Below are positions 37,296-46,099 of a stretch of DNA of 64,000 bases, piece by piece. Source of the stretch: Acidobacteriota bacterium (lineage in GTDB: Bacteria; Acidobacteriota; Terriglobia; 20CM-2-55-15). A model generated the notes under the pieces. The model worked only from the letters and a program-made list of their open reading frames with translations, did not search any database and was not told the origin of the DNA. The DNA lies in the NCBI GenBank assembly GCA_003223875.1, contig QHWY01000081.1, forward strand, positions 35,388-99,387, in the 5' to 3' direction. Each line of letters begins with the position of its first letter. The first letter of the stretch is position 1. A program made the translations under genes and the position numbers.

Positions 37296-38089
37296 GACGC
37301 AGTGCCGCTCCCCTATCCGAAAAAGCCTGGAAGGAAATCGACGACGTTGCCGGAGCAATGTTCAAGCAAACTGTTGTGGCTCGCCGTATCGTCGACTTCG
37401 ACGGCCCGCGGGGATGGAATCACGTGGCAACCCAGCTTGGGACGTTCAAAGCGGCGCAGGTTCGTTCATCCGGTCCGGTTCGATTCTCCATACCCGACGT
37501 CTTGCTCCTGACAGAACTGCGCGCGGATTTCCAATTGGCCTGGGCAGACATCGACATATTCGAACGTGCCGGACCGCGGCTTGAAGCGAAACCGATCGAG
37601 GAGGCTGCGCGGGAGGTCGCCCTCGCCGAAGATACCCTGATCTTCTTCGGAAGCTCCACCAGCCCAGGTCTTCTAACAAACTCGGACACTCCTCGTGTTG
37701 CGCTCTCCGATTGGTCGATCCCAGGCAGGGTTGTGACCGATCTGCTGGCCGCTGTACAAAAACTGGATACGTTCGGAATCAAAGGGCCGTATGAAGCGGT
37801 GCTCTCAACAGAGCACTACTATTCTTATCTTCGCCGGACAGGCGAGGGAGGTGTCTACCCCGCCGCGAAACAACTTGGCATCGTGATCGAGAAAGTCCAC
37901 CACTCGCCGGTCATTGAGGGCGCAGTTCTTTTCTCCACTCGCGGAGGAGATTTCCTGACAACCTTAGGCGGTGATTTCACGGTTGGTTACCGGTGGCACG
38001 ACGAAACCGCCGTTCATCTTTTCTGCGTCGAAACGGTTGCGGCGCAACTGCTGACGCCTGAAGCCGTCTGCCTGATCCGTCCGGATTAG
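37283..38089 (+). CDS. family 1 encapsulin shell protein (linocin M18/CFP29-like, HK97 fold)
   Basis: MEWLRRSAAPLSEKAWKEIDD.. (compare T. maritima [20 protein letters not shown]), ..TELRADF.., ..RGGDFLTTLGGDFTVGY.. AGGAGG RBS 6 nt upstream of the ATG. Confidence 0.85.
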   Translation: MEWLRRSAAPLSEKAWKEIDDVAGAMFKQTVVARRIVDFDGPRGWNHVATQLGTFKAAQVRSSGPVRFSIPDVLLLTELRADFQLAWADIDIFERAGPRLEAKPIEEAAREVALAEDTLIFFGSSTSPGLLTNSDTPRVALSDWSIPGRVVTDLLAAVQKLDTFGIKGPYEAVLSTEHYYSYLRRTGEGGVYPAAKQLGIVIEKVHHSPVIEGAVLFSTRGGDFLTTLGGDFTVGYRWHDETAVHLFCVETVAAQLLTPEAVCLIRPD

Positions 38090-38103
38090 GTGAGGGAATA
38101 GCG

Positions 38104-38345
38104 GCTTTGCACAAAAACTGCATGATGTCGGGCTCTCCGCTGGGCTTTGCACAAAAAATCCTGGGCGGTCATAGACCGCCCCTACAGCTTGGGGTGCGCA
38201 ACTGTAGGGGCGCTCTATGAGCGCCCACGATGTATTTTTTGTGCAAAGCCCTCTCCGCTGTAGCGGCGGTCTATGACCGCCGACAATACAGCAAGTTGCG
38301 AGACCGCCGCTACAGTCGCCATGCTCTATTTTTTGTGCAAAGCCG
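38104..38345. mobile_element. nested family B elements: B3 (38146-38240) inserted inside a variant B' element
   Basis: Outer TIRs GCTTTGCACAAAAA ... TTTTTTGTGCAAAGCC. Inner copy flanked by direct repeat CTCTCCGCTG. Confidence 0.65.
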
Positions 38346-38425
38346 GAAAAAGCCACAAAAAGGCACAAGGATCACAAGAATGATTCGACTCCTTGTTTTT
38401 TCTGCCTTTTTGTGGCCATTTCTCT
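38346..38425. repeat. family D AT-rich palindrome (AGCCACAAAAAGGCACAA ... TTGTGGC), copy D1
   Basis: Related copies at about 43497-43558, 53388-53458 and 57903-57962. Confidence 0.6.
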
Positions 38426-38465
38426 TAACCGCAGTATAATGACCGGCTCTGGAGGATGGTCCGTC

Positions 38466-39026
38466 ATGGTTGTGGTGCAGCGGAACGAGGTCAGCCGAAA
38501 TCGAGTCGTTTACATCCTCACCATTATCCTTTCTGTCATCGTTCTCTCCGGAATCGCGGCGGAATTTTCGCAAAGCTCTCAACCGGTCCAGGTACTGTGT
38601 GTGGTGTTGGGCGCGATTGCTCTTCTGGCGATCGCTTTATCCCTTATTCAGCTTTTCGCGCATCCCAAACGAAGCCAGGTTCTTCTTTTCCAGCGCGACG
38701 ATGAAATGGTTTTGGCCACCAATGCCGTTCATGAAGGTTTTAAGTTGCGTTTCTTGCGAGATATCCTCGGAGAGCAGGTTACATCGTTTACCGATGAAGA
38801 TCGGCTTCGATGGAAAAGCCTGGAGAGCGACGGCTTTTATGCAGCGCTATATGTCCGCAATGTGCGGAAGGTGATTATGTTGCGCTTGTGCACCATGATC
38901 TTCGACGACGTTTTTGTGGCGGATCGGAACAACCGTTGGGAGCATCACGATTCGTCCAGCACGGCCGAACCATCCTACTCCAAACGGGAAATGCCCCCAC
39001 TGACGACTTGGAAAAGTTCTCCTTGA
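38466..39026 (+). CDS. hypothetical membrane protein (2 TM)
   Basis: Start chosen at MVVVQRNEV.. with GGAGGA 9 nt upstream. The track's GTG start at 38412 lies inside repeat D1. No recognisable domain. Confidence 0.35.
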   Translation: MVVVQRNEVSRNRVVYILTIILSVIVLSGIAAEFSQSSQPVQVLCVVLGAIALLAIALSLIQLFAHPKRSQVLLFQRDDEMVLATNAVHEGFKLRFLRDILGEQVTSFTDEDRLRWKSLESDGFYAALYVRNVRKVIMLRLCTMIFDDVFVADRNNRWEHHDSSSTAEPSYSKREMPPLTTWKSSP

Positions 39027-39154
39027 CGTGGACGCGATCGACGAGATAATTTGTAGCTTCGTTTCGGATTGTTCTTTGTTCTTTTAACACCGTACGTGGC
39101 GATTTAAGCAACTTGCTCCACGTAAAAAACTGCTAAACAGCTCCGAAAGGGTTG

Positions 39155-39198
39155 GAAAAAAGCCCCGTGCTAGTTTGGCACGGGGCTTTTTCATTTTG
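39155..39198. terminator. bidirectional rho-independent terminator
   Basis: AAAAAAGCCCCGTGCTAGTTTGGCACGGGGCTTTTTCATTTT. A-run before and T-run after the stem. Confidence 0.7.
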
Positions 39199-39237
39199 CC
39201 CTTGTCGAGGCTGCTTAAACCGAAAGAAAGGATCCGC

Positions 39238-40476
39238 ATGAGCTTCGTCAAGGGTCTCAAATGCCGGGAATGCGGACGGGAATATCCCGTCAAACTGCTT
39301 GCCGGCTGTGAAGATTGTTTCGGCCCTCTGGAGGCCGATTATCACTACGAAGCGATCGCCAAGAAATTAACGCGCGACGCTCTCTCCTCCCGTCCCAAAA
39401 CTATTTGGAAATATTGGGAACTACTCCCACTCGAGTCGGAACCAAAAATTGGACTGTCGACGGGCGGCACTCCGCTGGTTCGCGCCGAACGGCTCGGCAG
39501 GAAGCTAGGAATCGACAACCTGTACTTGAAGAATGACAGCGTAAACTGTCCAACGCTTTCCTTTAAAGATCGCGTCACGGCGGTCGCTATCAACAAAGCG
39601 CTGGAATTCAAGCTGCAAGCGGTGGGGTGCGCGTCAACCGGAAATCTTGCCAATTCGGTCGCTGCAAATGCGGCTGCCGCGGGCCTTCCTTCATTCATTC
39701 TAATTCCGGACAATCTTGAACCCAGCAAGGTCGCGGCGACCCAGATCTTCGGGTCTCGTGTGATTGCGGTGAAAGGAAACTACGATGCGGTGAATCGCCT
39801 CTGCAGCCAGATTGTGGATCGATACCCATGGGGTTTCGTGAATGTGAATCTCCGGCCGTTCTATGCGGAGGGATCGAAAACGATCGGATACGAAGTCGCC
39901 GAGCAGTTGGGTTGGCACGCCCCTGATGCCATCGTCGTCCCGATGGCGGGTGGCGCTATGATCAGCAAAATCTACAAGGGGCTGAAAGAACTTCAACGTC
40001 TCGGACTCATCAGCGAAAACGAGCGCACTCGGCTTTACGGCGCTCAAGCGGCGGGATGCAATCCGATTATCGATGCCGTCCGGCGCGGGACGCGGGACAT
40101 CCGGCCGGTCAAACCGAATACGATCGCGAAATCTCTCGCTATCGGGAATCCCGCCGACGGTTATTACGCTGCCTCCCTGATTCCCGAATCCGGCGGATGG
40201 GCGGAAGACTGCACGGATGACGAGCTCGTCGCCGGCATTCAGCTACTTGCGGAAACGGAAGGAATTTTCACCGAAACCGCCGGCGGTGTAACTGTTGCCG
40301 TCGCACAGAAGCTCGTCGAGCAAGGCCGGATCAAGCAGACGGATCTCACGGTTCTCGCAATCACTGGAAATGGTTTGAAAACGCTCGAGGCGTTGGATCT
40401 CGCGCCTCCGCAAGCTATCGAACCGAAACTGGCGGCATTCGAAGAAGTTTTTGGGGGGGCATATCATGTCGCTTAA
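39238..40476 (+). CDS. thrC: threonine synthase (PLP enzyme with N-terminal zinc-ribbon)
   Basis: C..C..C..C ribbon (KCRECG..CEDCFG). PLP-lysine region ..PTLSFKDRV.. ..[11 protein letters not shown].. Confidence 0.8.
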   Translation: MSFVKGLKCRECGREYPVKLLAGCEDCFGPLEADYHYEAIAKKLTRDALSSRPKTIWKYWELLPLESEPKIGLSTGGTPLVRAERLGRKLGIDNLYLKNDSVNCPTLSFKDRVTAVAINKALEFKLQAVGCASTGNLANSVAANAAAAGLPSFILIPDNLEPSKVAATQIFGSRVIAVKGNYDAVNRLCSQIVDRYPWGFVNVNLRPFYAEGSKTIGYEVAEQLGWHAPDAIVVPMAGGAMISKIYKGLKELQRLGLISENERTRLYGAQAAGCNPIIDAVRRGTRDIRPVKPNTIAKSLAIGNPADGYYAASLIPESGGWAEDCTDDELVAGIQLLAETEGIFTETAGGVTVAVAQKLVEQGRIKQTDLTVLAITGNGLKTLEALDLAPPQAIEPKLAAFEEVFGGAYHVA

Positions 40477-40741
40477 AGTCGTTATTCCGACGCCGCTTCG
40501 AAAATTTACTGCCGGGGCGGAGACCGTCGAAGTGCAAGCCGCGACCGTCGAAGAAGTGCTCGCCAATCTGGACTCAAAATATCCTGGCTTCCGCGCCAGT
40601 GTGTGCGACGAGACCGGCGCTCTGCGGCGATTTATCAATATTTATCTCGATGGTGAGGACGTGCGGTTCCTGGAAAATCTCGCTACGCCTGTCGCTGACG
40701 GCGCTGAAATCGCCATCGTACCCGCGATCTCAGGCGGATAA
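40466..40741 (+). CDS. ThiS/MoaD-family sulfur-carrier protein (C-terminal Gly-Gly)
   Basis: 91 aa, ends ..AIVPAISGG. Overlaps the thrC 3' end. Confidence 0.7.
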   Translation: MSLKVVIPTPLRKFTAGAETVEVQAATVEEVLANLDSKYPGFRASVCDETGALRRFINIYLDGEDVRFLENLATPVADGAEIAIVPAISGG

Positions 40742-40775
40742 CTCAATCGAATACTTCGTCGCTGGTTTACAAATT

Positions 40776-41612
40776 TCAAACAGAGGCCGCGGATTTCTGC
40801 CCGATCACGACTCCGGCGCGGCGCGAATAGTGAATCGTTTCGCCAAAACGGCTGCGAAGGGTATTAATCGCCTCTTCGCGAAATTTCATCCATGCGTCAT
40901 TTCCAAGAAGATGACGGCCGAGACGGCCTCCGGAATTGAGCTCCCGGTCTTCGACGAATTGTTCAACAGTCAGCTCAAAGCGCAAGTCCACGGCTCCCGC
41001 ATGGATGACGGAGAAACCGGATTCAGTGAACGCGGCCTCCAGATTCCCTTCCTGTGAAAAATAATTCTCGAGCGGAGCAACTTCGTTCAAAGCTCGTTCG
41101 GCTTCCGGCTTCGAAATGGCTTCCGCCAGGCAGCCACTCCATGCCTGACTGTAGTCATCAACGGTCGATGTCCAGTTCGATGCAGCGATCAAACCAGCGC
41201 CCTTCAAAACACGATGCACGTCATTGAGCGCTCTTCGATATTCGCGAAGATGCGATAAAACAAAACCTGCCGTCACCAGATCAAACGTGTCGCTTTTGAA
41301 CGGCAACGCTGCCGCATCGGCAGCCACTGCGCGAAGGTTTGCCAGCCGTGCCTTAGCTCGTTGAAGCATACCGAGTGAAATATCACAGCCGGCAATATTC
41401 TGTAAGGTCTTAAAGGTCTCGGAAAAGATGGCTGGAATGATTCCAGTACCCGTTCCTATATCCAGCAGCGCTCGGGGCTGGCAGCCGGCGGGCATCATAC
41501 CCGCCATGGCTTGGGCAGCCGGCTGGAAGCGTGCTGCCCAAACGCGATCGTAGTGGTGGACTATCTGATCGTAAGAGCGCCAGTCACTTTTATGGACGTG
41601 GAGCGGGAGCAT
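40776..41612 (-). CDS. class I SAM-dependent methyltransferase
   Basis: ..LLDIGTGTGIIP.. is SAM-binding motif I. Confidence 0.75.
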   Translation of the reverse strand: MLPLHVHKSDWRSYDQIVHHYDRVWAARFQPAAQAMAGMMPAGCQPRALLDIGTGTGIIPAIFSETFKTLQNIAGCDISLGMLQRAKARLANLRAVAADAAALPFKSDTFDLVTAGFVLSHLREYRRALNDVHRVLKGAGLIAASNWTSTVDDYSQAWSGCLAEAISKPEAERALNEVAPLENYFSQEGNLEAAFTESGFSVIHAGAVDLRFELTVEQFVEDRELNSGGRLGRHLLGNDAWMKFREEAINTLRSRFGETIHYSRRAGVVIGQKSAASV

Positions 41613-41771
41613 CGATTCGAGCCTCGTCCCAGTGCTCCTTGATCAAATTATTTTCGATGCGCACAACATCGAAGTGGTTCCAGATGGTTTCGGCCGCTAA
41701 CGGAATGGCGAACGCGAGCAACAGAATGCCGGCTGACCAATAAATCGTCCTCAGGATTTGTTCCCTTCACA

Positions 41772-42269
41772 TCAGTGTTGCATCGGCTCGTCGGCGCTGC
41801 CGCCATAGATGGCCGGAACCTTCGAACCCATCGGCCGGAGATAGCTCGAGAGCTGGCCGCGGTGGTGCGATGAATGCAGATTCAGAAGATTCAGATACGC
41901 GACAGCCGGCAGTTCCATCCCAGCAAACAGGGAAATCGGTTTCATCAACTTGTCTGCCGGAAGATTTTTCAACTTATTGACACGTTCCCGGTGATTTGTT
42001 TCATACCAACTCACAATCGCGCCGATTGTAGGCGGTGCCGCCGGCGGATCGGTCATCGTGAATTGTCCGGCCAGTACACCATCCATGAACCATACTTCGG
42101 AGGTGGCGATGTGCCAGGCCAGTTCCTGGGCCGACATCGACTTCGACTCGGGCTTGTAGGCTTTTTTGCCTTCCGGTACGGCGCGCATGACCTTCTTCGT
42201 TGTTTCGGTCTCCTGTTGGATGGTGTCGACGAAAACTTTGCAAAGTAGTTTGGCTTCTTCTGGTGTCAT
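41772..42269 (-). CDS. DinB/YfiT-like metal-dependent hydrolase family protein
   Basis: Four-helix bundle family pattern. ..SAQELAWHIATSEVWF.. ..LHSSHHRGQLSSYLR.. has conserved His. Confidence 0.65.
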   Translation of the reverse strand: MTPEEAKLLCKVFVDTIQQETETTKKVMRAVPEGKKAYKPESKSMSAQELAWHIATSEVWFMDGVLAGQFTMTDPPAAPPTIGAIVSWYETNHRERVNKLKNLPADKLMKPISLFAGMELPAVAYLNLLNLHSSHHRGQLSSYLRPMGSKVPAIYGGSADEPMQH

Positions 42270-42291
42270 TGCTTCTCCTTGGTTAATGCGT

Positions 42292-43344
42292 TTAATACTG
42301 ATCGAAAATGCGTTGAATTTCGTGAATGTCCTGTGTCTTGGTTAGCGCCAACATCATCAGGATCCTGGCGTGCGTTGGCAGCAATCGCTCAACGGCAATG
42401 ATGGGCAGCGCTTCCCGTGCTGAACTCGGCGAGGCGACCTGATCGCCCGAGGGAAACGTCGTAGCAATAATGACGCCCTTCCGTTGCAAAGCTTCGTAGT
42501 AATTGCGCTCGGCACCGCCCAAGCCTGTGGTGGCTACAATGATCGCCTTAGCATCGGTCTTGCCGCCGCCATCCGAACCTGCATAGGAGTACTGAATATC
42601 GACCCGGGAAAAAGTCGTGATGTCGCGCACATCGAATTCCGATCCTGATGTATGGCGCCGAGTCGGAGCGTAGAAAAACTCGACACCATGCCGAGCCACA
42701 ATCCCGAGGTTGCCCATCTCTCGGCCGGAAAAGCCTCCTGTCCGCGCATATGCCTTCTCTGCATCGCGAGCCGAGATAATGCGATCATCCATCACCACCA
42801 GCACACCTTTGCCGCGCGCTCCGTGCGAGGCAGCAACTCGAACCGCGGAAAGCAGGTTAATGGGGCCATCTGGGCTGATGCCTGTCGGCGGCCGCTGAGC
42901 GCCAACGATGACGACCGGCTTCTCGGACTTTACGGTGAGATGAAGGAAAAATGCCGTTTCCTCGAGGCGGTCAGTCCCGTGCGTCACGACGATTCCGGCA
43001 ATCTCCGGACGCTTCTCAAAAATCGAATTGATATTTCGGGCAAGCTGCAGCCACTGATCCGGTGTGATGTAGGCGCTCGGAATATTTGCAAACTGCGTCG
43101 CCTCGACTTGCGCGTATCTTCGGATCTCTGGTACTCCGGCCACGATTTCGCCAATCGGTTTGCGAATATCGTAGCCTCCAAGCGTCCCCGGCTCACCCTG
43201 CTCGCCGGCAATCGTCCCGCCGGTAGCGATAATCAGCACTCGCGGCGATTCCACCGGGGCCTGGGCGCCGACTCGACTCAGAATGGAACTCAAAATGAAG
43301 ATAAAACCTAGGAGCACCACGGAAATCGTGAATCTTTTCAACAT
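42292..43344 (-). CDS. L-asparaginase (type II-like, secreted)
   Basis: ..ATGGTIAG.. threonine motif, ..VVTHGTDRLEETA.. Start chosen at MLKRFTISVVLLGF (signal peptide). Confidence 0.85.
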   Translation of the reverse strand: MLKRFTISVVLLGFIFILSSILSRVGAQAPVESPRVLIIATGGTIAGEQGEPGTLGGYDIRKPIGEIVAGVPEIRRYAQVEATQFANIPSAYITPDQWLQLARNINSIFEKRPEIAGIVVTHGTDRLEETAFFLHLTVKSEKPVVIVGAQRPPTGISPDGPINLLSAVRVAASHGARGKGVLVVMDDRIISARDAEKAYARTGGFSGREMGNLGIVARHGVEFFYAPTRRHTSGSEFDVRDITTFSRVDIQYSYAGSDGGGKTDAKAIIVATTGLGGAERNYYEALQRKGVIIATTFPSGDQVASPSSAREALPIIAVERLLPTHARILMMLALTKTQDIHEIQRIFDQY

Positions 43345-43496
43345 TGTTCCAGGTAGTTCAAGTCTTAGATCTTTTGGCAGTCCAGGGTCGATTTTAGTCT
43401 TATCGGCGGTCGAACGTCTAACCACTTTTGAGGAGTTTTGTCGAAAGATCTGGATCTGCCGGTAATCCGTAACGCGAACACGTAAACCATTAAAGA

Positions 43497-43558
43497 ACGG
43501 CCCCAAAAAGGCAAGAAGACACAAACTTATTTTGTTAACTTTCGTGCTTTTTTGTGGC
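43497..43558. repeat. family D AT-rich palindrome, copy D2
   Basis: CCCCAAAAAGGCAAGAAGACACAAA ... TTTCGTGCTTTTTTGTGGCT. Confidence 0.55.
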
Positions 43559-44046
43559 TAGAACCATTCTTCGTCTTCCGGGTCCGGCGTCTTCAATCCC
43601 TCAAAGAATCGCTCTAGCAAAGCACCAACTCCGCCGCCAATCAGAAACCATTGGATCGTCCCAACAGCATATGTCAGGACCAGAGTCCAGACCAGCAACC
43701 CCGGCGGATTGATTCCGGCGCGATCGAACCCGGAGAACACGATAATGATGACCAGCATCGGCGCCACATCGAAGATCGTCATCAACCGCCAGAAATCGGA
43801 GTGGTTGAACAGATACGGCCCAAACTTCGCGTCCCCCGGCTCCAAACGGACATGGGCTTGAAAGTCGAGATACGAAAAAACGAAGAATCCCGATGCCAGC
43901 AACACGTGGCAAACCGCTGATGCCAACGCTACGCGTTTCCAGAAAGCCTGCGCGTTGATACCAAAAGCGTCGAACCATGTCAGCAAGTGGTAAACGCCAA
44001 AAACCAGCAGGGGCGGCAGGCACAGCGAAGCTAAGGTAAACAGCAT
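43558..44046 (-). CDS. hypothetical integral membrane protein (4-5 TM)
   Basis: Hydrophobic ORF with a C-terminal acidic tail PDPEDEEWF. No family recognised. Confidence 0.4.
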   Translation of the reverse strand: MLFTLASLCLPPLLVFGVYHLLTWFDAFGINAQAFWKRVALASAVCHVLLASGFFVFSYLDFQAHVRLEPGDAKFGPYLFNHSDFWRLMTIFDVAPMLVIIIVFSGFDRAGINPPGLLVWTLVLTYAVGTIQWFLIGGGVGALLERFFEGLKTPDPEDEEWF

Positions 44047-44088
44047 AAATTCCTAAAGATATCCGGAAGAGCTGCCGAATGGAATTCT

Positions 44089-44436
44089 ATGGAACGCCGC
44101 CGCTCCAGACGAATCGAAGCGCTGCTCGATCAGGAAGAGCAAGTATTGATTGAGCACGACTTTCAGTACGTCCCCAGTACGATCGTGAACTTTAGCGACG
44201 GTGGAGCACTGCTGGCGCTCAAAGAGCCGGACGTCCGCTTTACCGTTGGTCACAGGCATGCCCTTTTTTTCGACAACGGTGGTCAAGTACTCGCTCTTAA
44301 GGCGACAGTTCGCAGAAAGACCGGGAGGCGTATCGCCTTCGAATTCTCCGATGTGACTTTAGAACAGACAGAAGCGATTCACACGAAACTGGTCCGAATG
44401 GCAATGGTCATGGCGCGTGTCGGATCCGCCGGATAA
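44089..44436 (+). CDS. PilZ domain protein (c-di-GMP receptor candidate)
   Basis: RRRSRRIE (RxxxR) and ..NFSDGGALL.. (D/NxSxxG) motifs. Confidence 0.6.
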   Translation: MERRRSRRIEALLDQEEQVLIEHDFQYVPSTIVNFSDGGALLALKEPDVRFTVGHRHALFFDNGGQVLALKATVRRKTGRRIAFEFSDVTLEQTEAIHTKLVRMAMVMARVGSAG

Positions 44437-44439
44437 GAA

Positions 44440-45216
44440 TTATTTCCCAGCCAGCCCTTCGGTCAGTTCAATTCGCGTCCCAATTGGGTCAAGAATAAAG
44501 GCGATCTTCAAGCGAAGGTTCGGCAGCTCACGGTAGGGAGCATCGAACTTCACGCCGGCGGCCTCGAGCTTCTTGCAAAAGGCCTCGAGGTCTTTGACTT
44601 CAAATCCGATGTGATCAAGCGTGCGGCCCTTCGTCGGAGCGGTCGGCATTAACGCCGGCAAGAAGTCCACTTCCCCTAGGTTGAAGATAGCGGCGGGCAA
44701 ATCCCGCCGCGTTCCCGATCCGGCGCCAAAAGTCTTCACGTACCACTGCTTCACCACCTCAACACCGGGTGTTGCAATGTGAATGTGATGCATCACAAGC
44801 GGGAGCGTCTGGCTTTTCTCTTCCAGCAATTCCACTCTCAAATTGTCGGGAAATGAGACGAAAGGACCATTCACCGGAACGTCTATGGACGCTAGTTTCG
44901 ATTTCATAGAGGCCGCATCCTTGACGGAAAACGCTATGTGATCGACCGTTGACCCAACCGAGCCGGCGCTTGGCTCCGCCTTGTTAATAATGATGAAGAT
45001 ACCGGGCAGCCGTAATAGCTCCAGAGTTCCCGTCTTCGTCATTTGCGCTCCAAATGCCTCGACCCAGATCTTCGTTTGAGCATCGGGATCCCTGGATAGC
45101 AGATGCACATGCCCAAGAGAAATGCCGCTCTCGTTTGGAGCAGCCAGTTGAGCGAAGAGCGGCAGTCGCGCAAGGACAGAGAGAATCAGAGTCGCGAGAA
45201 GAATCTTTTGACGCAT
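44440..45216 (-). CDS. secreted tandem VOC (glyoxalase/bleomycin-resistance/dioxygenase) domain protein
   Basis: Signal peptide. Two ..HV(H)L..D... / ..HIGFEVKDLEA.. beta-alpha-beta-beta-beta modules. Confidence 0.6.
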   Translation of the reverse strand: MRQKILLATLILSVLARLPLFAQLAAPNESGISLGHVHLLSRDPDAQTKIWVEAFGAQMTKTGTLELLRLPGIFIIINKAEPSAGSVGSTVDHIAFSVKDAASMKSKLASIDVPVNGPFVSFPDNLRVELLEEKSQTLPLVMHHIHIATPGVEVVKQWYVKTFGAGSGTRRDLPAAIFNLGEVDFLPALMPTAPTKGRTLDHIGFEVKDLEAFCKKLEAAGVKFDAPYRELPNLRLKIAFILDPIGTRIELTEGLAGK

Positions 45217-45339
45217 GGCGCGTAACCTACCATGGTTCCGTTAGGCGGTAAAGTCTAGCGGCCGCGAGGTGGGGAATGTGTTTGCCATAAAATCTATCCG
45301 ATATCAGACCCTGTCTGAAAACGGGATGATCGTCGGCGA

Positions 45340-46095
45340 TCAGAATTCGTGTTCGGTGCATACGGGATCCGGCAAATTTTCTCCAAATAACGTGTAAAGA
45401 TTCACATTGCCTAGGGCGGCCGTTATGGAATCGGAGATTCCGTCGTGGCGCGATCTCATCGAATCGAGAAACTCCCGGATCTCGCGGCGCACGCTTTCTT
45501 TTTCGCTGCACACGCACGCGATGGGCAAAAAGCCCTGCGTGCGCGCGTACTCTCGGGAGAGCGCTTCTGTCACGTAGATAAGTGGCCGGATCAAGCGAAC
45601 ACTCCCCTTTTGCGACAGCGATGTGGGTGGAAGGGACGCAATACGTCCATTGAACAAGATGTTCCTCAACAGCGATTCAGCGCAATCGTCGGCCGTGTGG
45701 CCAAGCGCAAGGACGGAACACCCAAGCTCGGATGCAATTTTATACAGATGGTAGCGGCGATGCCTGCTGCATACATCGCAACCATGGGGAACATTCTCCG
45801 CGATCAGACGCAGCGTTGCGGTATCGTCGCGCAAAACCCACTCGACGCCGAGCGCCCGGATCTTGTCTTCGAGTGCCACAACAGGAAGCTTGAACTTTCC
45901 CTGCTCCAGCGTGACGGCAACTAACTCGTATGGAAATGGCGCGCGTTTCTTATAAGCGACGAACGCGTGGAGAAGCGTCAGGCTGTCCTTACCTCCAGAA
46001 ACCCCGACCGCAATTCGGTCTCCCGCGCGGAGCATCGAAAAACGCCCCATGGCGCGCCCCATCGCGTCGAGGACCTTTTCGGCGGTATCCATCAT
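45340..46095 (-). CDS. ttcA: tRNA 2-thiocytidine biosynthesis protein TtcA (PP-loop ATPase)
   Basis: SGGKDS PP-loop. C-x-x-C (GCDVCSRHRR). ..ALGHTADD.. Confidence 0.75.
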   Translation of the reverse strand: MMDTAEKVLDAMGRAMGRFSMLRAGDRIAVGVSGGKDSLTLLHAFVAYKKRAPFPYELVAVTLEQGKFKLPVVALEDKIRALGVEWVLRDDTATLRLIAENVPHGCDVCSRHRRYHLYKIASELGCSVLALGHTADDCAESLLRNILFNGRIASLPPTSLSQKGSVRLIRPLIYVTEALSREYARTQGFLPIACVCSEKESVRREIREFLDSMRSRHDGISDSITAALGNVNLYTLFGENLPDPVCTEHEF

Positions 46096-46099
46096 TAAA

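Noticed and set aside
39175-39237. N-terminal extension of thrC to the ATG at 39175
   Set aside because: The extension begins inside the rho-independent terminator hairpin. The internal [13 protein letters not shown] start gives the canonical zinc-ribbon N-terminus.
41613-41771. Short minus-strand ORF (TTG start; ..IYWSAGILLLAFAIPLAAETIWNHFDVVRIENNLIKEHWDEARID..) between the methyltransferase and the DinB gene
   Set aside because: Only about 50 codons, non-ATG start, and it overlaps the methyltransferase start. It may be a gene remnant. Not enough evidence to call.
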